Source: a virus. Taken from it: 64,000 nucleotides of DNA. Location: IMG/VR virus record IMGVR_UViG_3300045988_183134, positions 32,001-96,000 of that record. The stretch is one strand, 5' to 3'. The notes beneath the pieces were generated by a model that made no database searches, was not told the DNA's origin, and saw only the letters and a program-made list of their open reading frames with translations. This document shows, piece by piece, positions 43,905-53,223 of the stretch (its first letter is position 1; every line of letters begins with the position of its first letter). A program made the position numbers and the translations under genes.

Positions 43905-44292
43905 ATGGCAAAAAAACTATTTTGGTGTCGTTCTGACCACCAAGGAACACGATAAATATCGTCTTGTAGTATACCGCTATAAGGACCCTGGCATCCTTAA
44001 TACCTGCCCGATGTGTCAGCTGCTTCGGGCCATTCACAAATTCCAGCAGGAATACACTGAAATTCACCGCGAACATTGCAGCCGTATCCCGCCTCGCAAG
44101 TGGTATGAGCTTGGCAGAGTAATGCCGAGTATCGTTCTGCGGAAATACGGCCTGGAAAAGCATTACGAGATGTCATTTGAGCCGAGCCGCGTACCTCCGG
44201 CCTCTGCGCTGAAACTCATCCCTGGTGCGACCGCTTCTAACTGGAAGCAGTACATCTGGTACGTTGATGGTGATGTGACGATGCTTGGCTAA
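43905..44292 (+). CDS. hypothetical Cys-containing protein, frame broken at an A7 run just after the start codon
   Basis: SD GAGGAGGA then ATG43905-GCA-AAAAAA stops after 16 codons. The long ORF (track 43702..44292) is in the +1 frame, and removing one A joins them. Confidence 0.5.
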
Positions 44293-44298
44293 AGACCA

Positions 44299-44432
44299 TT
44301 GCACATTCGTGCGAGACTCATACAATTAGAATTGTACGATAGATACCAGCAATCGAAAAGGTGCTTTGCCTTTCGTACAATTCACATTTCGCTTGAAGGC
44401 GGACTTCCAATATCTGGAGGTCCGCCTTTTTG
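44299..44432 (+). promoter_or_regulatory. module copy 9
   Basis: TTGCAC-attcg-TGCGAG-actca-TACAAT. Leader TTGTACGATAGATACCAGCAATCG..TCGTACAATTCACA. Hairpin GGCGGACTTCC...GGAGGTCCGCC followed by T5. Confidence 0.75.
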
Positions 44433-44460
44433 CGTACTTACAAAAAAAGGAGTGTAAATT

Positions 44461-44751
44461 ATGTTTATCATCACAAAAACTTTTACCGATGACGAGGGCC
44501 ATCTTTTCACAAAGGTAAATCCAAAGCAGTATTCCACTCCCGGAGAAGCATACGATGCTATGCGTGAGGATTACCTCAACGAGCTCAAAAGCCGAGGTCT
44601 TGAGGACAACGGTAGTTCCAATGACGATGGCGAATCCTGCCCTGGCGGATACATCATCAGCGATGAGGCTCAAATCTACGATTTTGCCCAATACACCCCG
44701 TATGAACAGCTTCTTCCTGCTGTTTTGTTCGGAGTCCATCGGATTGGTTAA
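44461..44751 (+). CDS. hypothetical acidic protein
   Basis: Track ORF. SD AAAGGAGTGT upstream. Confidence 0.75.
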   Translation: MFIITKTFTDDEGHLFTKVNPKQYSTPGEAYDAMREDYLNELKSRGLEDNGSSNDDGESCPGGYIISDEAQIYDFAQYTPYEQLLPAVLFGVHRIG

Positions 44752-44762
44752 GGAGAATCGCA

Positions 44763-45569
44763 ATGGCTAAGAAAAGTGCAAGAAAAGAAATCACAAAAAT
44801 CAACCTGAAACAAGCTGCGCTCGAAGGTCTTTCCTACGAGAGAGCCTGTGAAACTGCCAAGCGTGCAGGGACCCCCTCTTATCGCTTCACGGTCGGCGAC
44901 AAAGTACAGGTTGGTCACCTTCTAAACTGCGTTGTTGACGAGGCTCTGGAAGGCGGGTACATGTATCTTATCCGCAGTGGTGCAAATTGTGACGACTATT
45001 CCTGCTGGGCCTGGACAAGTGTTCGCCCACTGGATAATGGCAATAGCACGCATTTTGCCAAGCGCAATTCTGCACTGTCCCGCCTGCACTACTCAAACCG
45101 CAGCATGTACTCTCTGCTCAGCTTCCAATACCTGTTCGGCATTGATTTCAACCCTGATTATCAGCGTGGTTCTGTTTGGGGTGATGAGGACAGGGAAAAG
45201 CTGTTGGACAGCATCTTTATGGGTCGCGAGATTGGTCGTTTCGTCTTTAAGCAGCTGCCATTCACTCGCACAAGCAACGATGGCAACTACTATGAAATCG
45301 TTGATGGCAAGCAGCGTATGTTGACCTTGCTTGCTTTTTACGAAAACCGATTCCCGTACAAAGGTGTATTTTACAACGACCTTTCCGTTCTGGATAAAAA
45401 CTGGTTCATGGATGCTTCCATTGGTGTTGCTGAACTTGACCAGAATGCGACCCGTGCGGAGGTCCTGGAAGTATTTCTCGCTCTGAACGAAGGCGGTAAG
45501 CCTGTCACAAAGGAAGTCCTCGACCATGCACGCGAATTGCTGAACGAAGAGAAGGGAGAAGGATTATGA
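44763..45569 (+). CDS. DUF262 (ParB/GmrSD N-terminal-like) domain protein
   Basis: YQRGSVWGDEDREKLLDSIFMGREIG...YYEIVDGKQRMLTL matches the DUF262 YQR..vW / DGQQR signature. Confidence 0.7.
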   Translation: MAKKSARKEITKINLKQAALEGLSYERACETAKRAGTPSYRFTVGDKVQVGHLLNCVVDEALEGGYMYLIRSGANCDDYSCWAWTSVRPLDNGNSTHFAKRNSALSRLHYSNRSMYSLLSFQYLFGIDFNPDYQRGSVWGDEDREKLLDSIFMGREIGRFVFKQLPFTRTSNDGNYYEIVDGKQRMLTLLAFYENRFPYKGVFYNDLSVLDKNWFMDASIGVAELDQNATRAEVLEVFLALNEGGKPVTKEVLDHARELLNEEKGEGL

Positions 45570-46243
45570 GTCCCATGTTCAAACAAAAGGTCGGTATGAC
45601 GAAAATTTATGCAAAAGGAATCGCAGAACTCTTTCTTATTCGCTGCAATCCCTATCATTGGGACGGCAGCGGGGAAGTGCCTGATAACATCAGCTTCGAT
45701 GTGTACAAGCGAAAAATCGATGAAACATACGATGGCTGCACACTCGAAATTCAGCTTTGCAAACCTGATGGTTGTCTTTGCTATGCGGCTTCTGTTCACC
45801 TGTATGAAGGCGGATTCTGGACAGGGCACGGCATTGGCTGTTTCGACAAGACTGCGATTTGCAACGACCCTGGTTCTGTCGATGCCTTGACAAGCGCCAT
45901 CATGCGAGTGTGCATGATATACGAAAATCTCACAAATTTCCGCAAGGTTTTCGTCAAGTGCCTTACCATCAGCCAGAAACGAATGAACGAAATCAAGCAG
46001 TATACCGATGACGGCAAAGAGCAGGATGAGATTGAGTTCGAATCCGTTGTCTTCGCCGATGGTATGCACATGGATGTTCGCTGCATCCCACGCCACAATG
46101 GACCTTCCTGGTGCGAAGCGGCTATTTATCGTGAGGATGAGGATATCGTCACGTCTGAGCCGAGCAACTCGTTCTACAGCCATTGGGTTTGCCAGACGGC
46201 AAACGCCACCTACCATCTTTATATAGGTATTGCTGACGAATGA
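45566..46243 (+). CDS. hypothetical protein, translationally coupled to DUF262; shares a C-terminal domain with 51291..52601
   Basis: ATGA overlap. FADGMHMDVRC...SWCEAAIY...F.SHW...TYHL versus FSDGYSMDIRC...SWAEAILY...F.GYW...TYRV. Confidence 0.7.
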   Translation: MSPMFKQKVGMTKIYAKGIAELFLIRCNPYHWDGSGEVPDNISFDVYKRKIDETYDGCTLEIQLCKPDGCLCYAASVHLYEGGFWTGHGIGCFDKTAICNDPGSVDALTSAIMRVCMIYENLTNFRKVFVKCLTISQKRMNEIKQYTDDGKEQDEIEFESVVFADGMHMDVRCIPRHNGPSWCEAAIYREDEDIVTSEPSNSFYSHWVCQTANATYHLYIGIADE

Positions 46244-46246
46244 AAC

Positions 46247-46383
46247 TTGACGCGCCTTGCGAACAGCATATCATAGAAATTGTACGATAGATACCAATAA
46301 TCGAAAGGGCATTTTGCCTTTCGTACAATTCACAATTTCGCATGAAGAGCGGACTTCCCACATCGGGAGGTCCGCTCTTTTTG
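46247..46383 (+). promoter_or_regulatory. module copy 10
   Basis: TTGACG-cgcct-TGCGAA-cagca-TATCAT. Leader TTGTACGATAGATACCAATAATCG..TCGTACAATTCACAAT. Hairpin AGCGGACTTCCC...GGGAGGTCCGCT followed by a T-run. Confidence 0.75.
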
Positions 46384-46412
46384 CGTTATAACAACAAAAG
46401 GAGTGTATTTTT

Positions 46413-46898
46413 ATGAAAATGACAATCACAGGCCAAATTGATGGCAAATCCGTGCCGATAACTATTCCGATTGAAAAAGTTATCGAAGCTTTCTGGCCTT
46501 ACGCCACCAAACCTTCTGCTCTCTCTGTTTCCACTGAGCTTGACGCAGACGGCATCAGTGCTAACTTTATGCTCGGCCAGGAAACGAAGGATTCTTATCC
46601 CGGTATCTGGCTCACCAGCAAAAACAGCAATACCGGTCGTGCAGGTTTCTGGTTCTGTTTGGAGCTGCCGAACGAAACCAACGACATGGTAAAAGGCTAT
46701 CTGTACGCTGGCGATGATGAAACAGAGACGGACCAACCTCTAGCTGTTATCGCTGATGGCGTTCGCAACGACGACGATGACTCAAAGCGCATGCTTTGGG
46801 TGGATGAGTCGTTGACTCACGTTGAACCTCTAACCGACAACTATCTGAAACGCCAAGGCGCTGCCACCGAAAAGCAACTCGATGAGTACGACGCTTAA
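46413..46898 (+). CDS. hypothetical protein (domain shared with 28026..28907)
   Basis: Track ORF. SD AAAGGAGTGT upstream. Confidence 0.75.
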   Translation: MKMTITGQIDGKSVPITIPIEKVIEAFWPYATKPSALSVSTELDADGISANFMLGQETKDSYPGIWLTSKNSNTGRAGFWFCLELPNETNDMVKGYLYAGDDETETDQPLAVIADGVRNDDDDSKRMLWVDESLTHVEPLTDNYLKRQGAATEKQLDEYDA

Positions 46899-46955
46899 AC
46901 TGATACCATAAATTTCCCCACCTAACCAAAAATAACAAATAAGGAGAGTAAAACT

Positions 46956-47984
46956 ATGTATCTCGAAACTATTGATGAAAAAGCGTTCCGCTCTTTTCTT
47001 TCTAATCCTGCTATTTCCGTTCTGGACGGTAACGTTCTGGATAAGCACCACAACTCGAATTTCTACCGTTTTGTCCGCGTTCCTCTTTCCGATGGCGAGC
47101 ATAGTGTCGAGGCATTATTTGGGCAAATGTGCAGTAACTATCCCACCAGCATGAGCAAAAACCATTTTTATGAACAGCATAACCTTGAGTTTATGGCTTA
47201 TGTTGTGGACCACGAAAAGACCTATGCTGAAAGCTATGAGTTCCTGCGATTGTTTGATGTCACCTCTGCTTACACTGGTCCCCATTCCGCAATGGGTGAG
47301 ATGACGAAAACGCTGTGGGATTATCTGGAGCAGAAAACAGTTCTCGACCCTGACTATCTGAACACGCCCGAATTGCAGAACGAGGCTTATGAAAACGCTG
47401 TCAAACAGTATGTCCTGCAAAAGAAAGACACCGCATTTGAAGAAAGCCTTCGTAAATTTCTTGAGCACATTGATGACACCGCGACCATCGAGTTCTTTGC
47501 TAATCCTACCGGATGGGCGGAAAGGGTAGTCAATGTCCTCGATAAGAATCTCACTTCTCGCGATGGCACACCTTTCAGCGAAAGCATCGGGAAAAAATTC
47601 GTTGCCGTCCAACGTCTTACCCAATCAAGGATGCTGGAGTTCCAGTCCAAGCCACATTGTTGGGAAAGTGAGTGCCGTAGTTTGTTTGCTGCGACTGCAA
47701 AAGCAAAAAAAATTCGGCTCGTTATTGAAGCCAATGGAAAAGAAATGCAGGTGCAATATCCTGTTTCCAACCTGATTACTTTTGAAATGATTAAGAATAA
47801 GGTCATTTCTGCATGGGCTATTGCACCGCGCAAGCTCAGCGATGAGGTGAAAGAATTTCTTGCGGAGAACTGCGCTGGCTACAGTAAATACTGGTCTGAT
47901 ATTCCCATGAAGACTGTCTCTCGCATTGAAAGTGGTCGCAAGGTTCTTTGGAAGAATCCTTGCTTTGAGGGAGACAGAAAATAA
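46956..47984 (+). CDS. hypothetical protein
   Basis: Track ORF. SD AAGGAGAG upstream. Terminator at 48031-48062. Confidence 0.75.
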   Translation: MYLETIDEKAFRSFLSNPAISVLDGNVLDKHHNSNFYRFVRVPLSDGEHSVEALFGQMCSNYPTSMSKNHFYEQHNLEFMAYVVDHEKTYAESYEFLRLFDVTSAYTGPHSAMGEMTKTLWDYLEQKTVLDPDYLNTPELQNEAYENAVKQYVLQKKDTAFEESLRKFLEHIDDTATIEFFANPTGWAERVVNVLDKNLTSRDGTPFSESIGKKFVAVQRLTQSRMLEFQSKPHCWESECRSLFAATAKAKKIRLVIEANGKEMQVQYPVSNLITFEMIKNKVISAWAIAPRKLSDEVKEFLAENCAGYSKYWSDIPMKTVSRIESGRKVLWKNPCFEGDRK

Positions 47985-48062
47985 TGATAGCCGTCAGAAC
48001 AAATTGTGCCGACACTTGATTTATTTCACCAGAGTCCCGCAGAAATGCGGGGCTCTTTTTTA

Positions 48063-48203
48063 TTGCCAAAATATGCGATTCAGCTAAAATGAAAATTGTA
48101 CGATAGATACCATCTACTTGGCGCGTTTTTTTTGCGTTCGTACAATTCACAATTCTGCAAGCAAAGAGCAGACTCACCGTCTTGGTGGGCCTGCTTTTTT
48201 TGT
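48063..48203 (+). promoter_or_regulatory. module copy 11
   Basis: TTGCCA-aaata-TGCGAT-tcagc-TAAAAT. Leader TTGTACGATAGATACCATCTAC..TCGTACAATTCACAATTCTGC. Hairpin GCAGACTCACC...GGTGGGCCTGC followed by T7. Confidence 0.75.
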
Positions 48204-48229
48204 TTGCACATCTAAAAAGGAGGAAAATT

Positions 48230-48784
48230 ATGAGTCCTACAAATGATATGAAGGCACGTTTATTCGTCGATATGGATGGCACTCTCGCCGTCTGGAAGCA
48301 GGCGGCCTGCTTTGAGGACCTGCTTCAGCCGGGGTATTTCAGAGATTTGCCGCCCTATCAGACGGTTTTGGACGCCGTGAAGATTCTTTGCAACACAAAA
48401 CCAGAACTTGATGTGTATGCACTTTCCGCCTATATGCCGGAAAACCCATATGCAGTTCATGAAAAGAACGCCTGGCTCGACGCTTATCTTCCGGAAATTG
48501 ATTCCGAACACCGCATCTTCGTTGCGTGCGGCAGCAGCAAAGCCAGAGCTGCAGCAAACCGCCTGAAAACGCCGTGCATCGACAGCTCTTTTGTGTTGCT
48601 GGACGATTACTCGGTGAACCTGCATGAATGGAAAGCCAATCGTGGCAGCTGCATTAAGCTCCGCAACGGCATCAACGGCAACGGCGGGACCTGGAAAGGT
48701 GAATCTGTCACTCGATTCGATACCGCCGAAAACATCGCAGACCGTATTTGGAGTATCATCAAAAAAACAAATGCAATGAGCTAA
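48230..48784 (+). CDS. HAD-family 5'(3')-deoxyribonucleotidase-like phosphatase
   Basis: ARLFVDMDGTLAVW carries the DxDxT motif at the N-terminus, and size and layout resemble NT5C. SD AAGGAGG before ATG48230. Confidence 0.6.
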   Translation: MSPTNDMKARLFVDMDGTLAVWKQAACFEDLLQPGYFRDLPPYQTVLDAVKILCNTKPELDVYALSAYMPENPYAVHEKNAWLDAYLPEIDSEHRIFVACGSSKARAAANRLKTPCIDSSFVLLDDYSVNLHEWKANRGSCIKLRNGINGNGGTWKGESVTRFDTAENIADRIWSIIKKTNAMS

Positions 48785-48796
48785 AGGAGAAATACT

Positions 48797-49012
48797 ATGT
48801 TTCCAAATATCAAAATTGTCGAAGCCATCCGCAAAGAATACCCCGCTGGAACGCGGGTTCGGCTTGTCAAAATGGATGACATCCAGGCACCACCTCTTGG
48901 TACAGAAGGTACGGTTGTTGGTGTCGATGATACCGGCAGCCTCCTGATGCACTGGGACAATGGTTCACATTTGAACATTGTTTATGGTTCGGATGAGGTT
49001 GAGAAAGTCTGA
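48797..49012 (+). CDS. DUF4314-like small protein
   Basis: GTRVRLVKMDDIQAPPLGTEGTVVGVDDTGSLLMHWDNG resembles the DUF4314 pattern. Confidence 0.45.
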   Translation: MFPNIKIVEAIRKEYPAGTRVRLVKMDDIQAPPLGTEGTVVGVDDTGSLLMHWDNGSHLNIVYGSDEVEKV

Positions 49013-49021
49013 CAAGCAGAC

Positions 49022-49151
49022 TTGCTCAAACGTGCGATTCCACTAAAATTGAAATTGTACGATAGATAACAGCCCTATGGCCGAAATGCGTACAATTTAC
49101 AATTCTGCAAGACAATCAGCAGACTCACCATCTCGGTGGGCCTGCTTTTTG
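49022..49151 (+). promoter_or_regulatory. module copy 12
   Basis: TTGCTC-aaacg-TGCGAT-tccac-TAAAAT. Leader TTGTACGATAGATAAC..CGTACAATTTACAATTCTGC. Hairpin GCAGACTCACC...GGTGGGCCTGC followed by T5. Confidence 0.75.
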
Positions 49152-49179
49152 CTTTCAAACAATAAAAGGAGAAATAATT

Positions 49180-50025
49180 ATGTATTGCATTCAGTATGAC
49201 GAAATCTGCAAAAAGCACAATTTTGAGCTGAAACACGATGCCCTTGGTGAACGCGTAACCCTCGAGTACCCAGCCGATTCTGTCCCGAAAGATACCATTC
49301 GTCTTTTTCAAAATCATCTTCCTGAGGGAGTATCGGCTATGGCTGAAAAGTACAGCAGCGACCGTTTTGCCATATTCAAGTACAATGCTGCAGCGGCAGC
49401 AGGGAACACCATCGGTCTTACTGAGACCCTGGAAAAAAACAAAAAGGTCTCCGCAGCTCTCTCTGATTTGGCGGACGACCTGAAACAGGCAGAGCTGGAA
49501 GCCAAGACTTGGGTTTGCACCGACCCTGATACATGCCAGTGGCGACGTCAGGTTGGCGGAACCCGATACGAGCTATACGACATTTTCGAAGCTCCAAATG
49601 GCACCTATTTTGTCGTACACGGTGAAGTAGACCCGACCGAGCTTGACCCGGATGACTACGACCAGCTGCTGGAGGCATATTCCGGTTTGCTGGACTCTGC
49701 CAACTGTGAAAGCGAACGCTGGGCATTGATTGCTGAGGCGCAGTTTGAGACCGAAGAACTCTCGATGGAGCGCGAACGCTTTTCAACTTATGAAGGAGCC
49801 GAAAGGGCAATTTGGAAAAAGGTTGGGGCTGACGTTTCAGATGAGAATTCTGCGACCGAAACCCGCCTTGATGCGATTCGGAAACTCGATAAGTTTCATC
49901 TTGCCGTCTTTCTGAACGATGTTCACAGCGGTGCAAAAGACTTTCCTTCCAACAACATGAGCTGGTGTGACTGGCTCAATAAGCCTGATGATGGTCATTT
50001 GTTGGATGTGAAGACTGCTCGATGA
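49180..50025 (+). CDS. hypothetical acidic protein
   Basis: Track ORF. SD AAAGGAG upstream. Confidence 0.75.
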   Translation: MYCIQYDEICKKHNFELKHDALGERVTLEYPADSVPKDTIRLFQNHLPEGVSAMAEKYSSDRFAIFKYNAAAAAGNTIGLTETLEKNKKVSAALSDLADDLKQAELEAKTWVCTDPDTCQWRRQVGGTRYELYDIFEAPNGTYFVVHGEVDPTELDPDDYDQLLEAYSGLLDSANCESERWALIAEAQFETEELSMERERFSTYEGAERAIWKKVGADVSDENSATETRLDAIRKLDKFHLAVFLNDVHSGAKDFPSNNMSWCDWLNKPDDGHLLDVKTAR

Positions 50026-50510
50026 AACAAGTATGCGTTAAAGCTGATGATAGCCAAACCATCACTGCTATATATGAATTTCTGCACGACTTGGATAATG
50101 AGTATAGCAATTTTAGTAAATGGTACTATAGTACAGTCGTTCCCGGATTGGCAAGTGAAAATCGGATAATTTATACTGTTCTGGACGATGGGAAAATAGT
50201 TGCCGTTCTAATACTAAAAGATTCTGATGAAAAGAAAATTTGTACATTAAGAGTAGCTGAACATTACCGCTGCCAAGGGATTGCTACAAAATTGCTAAAA
50301 ATCGCACATCAGGCATTACAATGTACAAATCCACTCATTACCGTTTCATCAATTCATATCAACGAATTTGAATTTCTGCTAAAGAAAAACGGCTTTACCC
50401 TTTATAAAAAATACGAAAACTACTACAAGCAAGGAATTGTAGAATATGCTTTTAACGGCTTATTGCCTGAAAAGCAAAACGATTGCCGCTTGTCGCAAAA
50501 TGTGGTATAA
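50022..50510 (+). CDS. GNAT-family N-acetyltransferase
   Basis: VAVLILKD...LRVAEHYRCQGIATKLLKIA (acetyl-CoA-binding R/Q-x-x-G-x-A/G motif) and ...KKNGF. ATGA overlap. Visibly lower GC. Confidence 0.65.
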   Translation: MKQVCVKADDSQTITAIYEFLHDLDNEYSNFSKWYYSTVVPGLASENRIIYTVLDDGKIVAVLILKDSDEKKICTLRVAEHYRCQGIATKLLKIAHQALQCTNPLITVSSIHINEFEFLLKKNGFTLYKKYENYYKQGIVEYAFNGLLPEKQNDCRLSQNVV

Positions 50511-50528
50511 TAGTAAAGAGGTGATACC

Positions 50529-51086
50529 ATGAAAATTTACACTCTGATTGGCGGCGTGAATGGCGCAGGAAAATCCAGCTTAACCGGTTCTTTGCGTTCT
50601 GAGCGTAACGATTTCGGCATTGTGGTTGACCCCGACAAACTAACCATTCAGTGTGGCGGTGACGAATACGAAGGCGGCAAACTCGCTGTTGAGCGTATCG
50701 AGCGTGCCTTAATGGACGGTGTGAATTTCACACAAGAGACGACGCTTTCCGGTGGATATCCCAAGCGGCTTTGCAAACGTGCAAAAGAAGCTGGATATTA
50801 TATTCGTCTGTACTATGTCGGTCTTGATACCGCCGAAGAAAGTATTCGACGAATTCGAAACCGTGTAGAGCGTGGGGGGCATGATATTCCCACTAAGGAT
50901 GTCAACGCCCGTTTTTCTCACCGTTTTGAGGATGTCCTCAAAATTTTGCCATACTGCGATGAAGCTAAGTTTTTCGATAATGACAATGGATTTGTACTTG
51001 TTGCAGAATATCGCAACGGGCAGCTTCTTCCTATTGGAACATATCGACCAACTTGGCTCAGTCAACTTCTGAATCAAGCCCAATAA
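50529..51086 (+). CDS. zeta-toxin-like P-loop kinase / COG4185-type ATPase
   Basis: Walker A GGVNGAGKSS at aa 8-17, ETTLSG, and a small (~185 aa) zeta-like layout. Confidence 0.6.
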   Translation: MKIYTLIGGVNGAGKSSLTGSLRSERNDFGIVVDPDKLTIQCGGDEYEGGKLAVERIERALMDGVNFTQETTLSGGYPKRLCKRAKEAGYYIRLYYVGLDTAEESIRRIRNRVERGGHDIPTKDVNARFSHRFEDVLKILPYCDEAKFFDNDNGFVLVAEYRNGQLLPIGTYRPTWLSQLLNQAQ

Positions 51087-51093
51087 CATTTTT

Positions 51094-51125
51094 GCCGCTC
51101 ATTCTCGGATGGGCGGCACTTTTTG
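51094..51125 (+). terminator. rho-independent terminator of the 49180-51086 operon
   Basis: GCCGCTCAT-tctcgg-ATGGGCGGC followed by a T-run. It lies immediately upstream of module copy 13. Confidence 0.8.
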
Positions 51126-51126
51126 T

Positions 51127-51261
51127 TTGCCAGGCTGTGCGAATGGCATAGAATAATAACTGTACGATAGATACCATTCTACCAAGGCGCATCCTGCGTT
51201 CGTACAATTCACAATTCTGCTTTAAGGCGGACTTCCCGAATTTGGGAGGTCCGCCTTTTTG
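51127..51261 (+). promoter_or_regulatory. module copy 13
   Basis: TTGCCA-ggctg-TGCGAA-tggca-TAGAAT. Leader CTGTACGATAGATACC..TCGTACAATTCACAATTCTGC. Hairpin GGCGGACTTCCC-gaattt-GGGAGGTCCGCC followed by T5. Confidence 0.75.
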
Positions 51262-51290
51262 CGTTCAAAAAAGGAGTGTATTAGAAAATT

Positions 51291-52601
51291 ATGAAAATTC
51301 AAAAAAACAACACAGGCATCCTTATCACCAAAACCGCGAAGCAGCCGAGCGCGAAAATCGAGTTTTCTCTGGATGAGCTCGATGCGCTTTCGGAGTTCTG
51401 CGAGAGGTTGCAGGATGAAAAGGATATCAGAGAATACCTCAACACTGCGGTGACTATTCCGGATTCTGCTGAGGTATCGGCTCCCATTGCCGTCAAGTAT
51501 CTGCACGATGCAGCCCTCTTTGAGCAGCTCATGGACGAAACCAGACGGAATCAGGAAGAGAACCAGAGCAATTTCCTCACTGCCGTCAGCGATGCGGTTT
51601 CTTCCATCGAGAAAAGCCGCGATGTCAAAGAATGGCATGGTTTGACGAAGGAGACTGCGGAGCGTTTCGCCCGTGAATTCATGGCAGAACGGAATCCCGG
51701 TCGTTGGTCGGGGTTTGGTGAGGTTCCTGAAAGTGTCAGCCTTGACCCCCTCAATTTTCCCATCAATGACATTTATCCCAAAGGCAACAAACCCGCCCTT
51801 CGTATGCAGCTTATCAGTGTGACCTATCCCAGCCTTCACAGAGTTTGTGAGTGCAGCATTATTGAGGATGGTGTTGACTTGTGGGCTCGCCGTACGCTGG
51901 ATTCTATGACTGCCGGAACTGTCGAGGACTTGGTCGAGACTGTTCTGTATGTGGCACGCATGTACGAGAGGAGCAAGTGCTTTGAACGCATCTTTGTAAA
52001 CCACATCCAGATGGAGAAATCGGTATACGATGCTCTTATCCGCCATCTCAACGACCCTGACAGCATCAACGACGAGTATCGAATCAGTGATGTCGTATTT
52101 GCCGCAGACAACACCATTGTTTCCGTCCTTTGGGAAGGAAACAGCAAAGATGGTGTTTCTGGTATGGCAACGCTTGCCGTGAACGGCAAGACGGTATACA
52201 AGACAAAGAACACCAAGGTATTCTGCAACCATTGGGTCATCCCATACAACGGTGCCGAATACCATGTTCTTGTCGATGTACTTCCCGAACAAATCATCTT
52301 GGAAGAAACTCTGTACATCAGCAAATCGTCCTCCAAGAAACTCGAAAAGTATCTTTGCGGCGAGGAAGTCCAAGGTTTTGGCTCTTCACTGAGCGAGACT
52401 GCGAAATTTTCTGACGGGTATTCGATGGATATCCGTTGCTGTGGCGATGAGGATACTTCATGGGCCGAAGCTATCCTGTACGACAATACCGGTGTGCAGG
52501 TCGCTATCACCGAAACCTACGAAACCTTCATTGGTTATTGGGAGTTGGATGATGAGACCACCGGCAAGACATATCGTGTCAATGTTGTGACAGTTAAGTG
52601 A
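51291..52601 (+). CDS. hypothetical protein with internally repeated domain shared with 45566..46243
   Basis: Track ORF. SD AAAGGAGTGT upstream. Confidence 0.75.
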   Translation: MKIQKNNTGILITKTAKQPSAKIEFSLDELDALSEFCERLQDEKDIREYLNTAVTIPDSAEVSAPIAVKYLHDAALFEQLMDETRRNQEENQSNFLTAVSDAVSSIEKSRDVKEWHGLTKETAERFAREFMAERNPGRWSGFGEVPESVSLDPLNFPINDIYPKGNKPALRMQLISVTYPSLHRVCECSIIEDGVDLWARRTLDSMTAGTVEDLVETVLYVARMYERSKCFERIFVNHIQMEKSVYDALIRHLNDPDSINDEYRISDVVFAADNTIVSVLWEGNSKDGVSGMATLAVNGKTVYKTKNTKVFCNHWVIPYNGAEYHVLVDVLPEQIILEETLYISKSSSKKLEKYLCGEEVQGFGSSLSETAKFSDGYSMDIRCCGDEDTSWAEAILYDNTGVQVAITETYETFIGYWELDDETTGKTYRVNVVTVK

Positions 52602-52707
52602 GGACTACATATAAATACGATGAGCCGTGACAATTTGTACGGTACGCAGGATTTGAAGAAAAAGTTTTCAAACTAAACACCTACAAAAACAAAGGAGAAT
52701 TTGAAAA

Positions 52708-53040
52708 GTGAAATATCATAACAATGAATACACCATTGTGACAGAACCACCTCTAGGGTATGAAATTTGGAACATTAAAGATGCTCCAAATGGATGTCTA
52801 CCGTTTTGCAGATTGAAAATGATGCAGCCTTTTGGCGGAGCAAGGGAAATCGAACCCGATACTTTGAAGGCAATGAAGTGTGATGGCGCACAAGTGATTT
52901 TGGATGCTATCGGTTTCGGCCCTCAGACTTCGGATGCAATGCAGAAATATATTGCAAAAAACGGGAAGAAAGAAAACGAAAAGTGGATTTGCGAACGTAT
53001 GAAAAAAGCTATCCCTTTTATGAAGAAAATTGGTCTTTAA
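52708..53040 (+). CDS. hypothetical protein (GTG start)
   Basis: Track ORF. SD AAAGGAG 11 nt upstream. Confidence 0.6.
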   Translation: MKYHNNEYTIVTEPPLGYEIWNIKDAPNGCLPFCRLKMMQPFGGAREIEPDTLKAMKCDGAQVILDAIGFGPQTSDAMQKYIAKNGKKENEKWICERMKKAIPFMKKIGL

Positions 53041-53223
53041 GAAGCTGGTCAAACGCGACAGCAAAGGTCGTATCGACTATTCGTACAGCGATGGGTTTGA
53101 CGGTTTTCGATATGGTCAGGAGCTTCTGTGATTCTGCGATATCGAGACTGCCGCTCAGCGCCTAGGCATCTGACGCCTATACCACAAACCTGAAACCATT
53201 CAAATAAAAAGGAGTGCCATACC

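Noticed and set aside
52602-52707. A possible extra module copy, based on CAATTTGTACGGTACGCAGG at about 52632.
   Set aside because: Only a short fragment resembles the leader. There is no TGCGAA promoter and no hairpin with a T-run, so at most it is a decayed relic.
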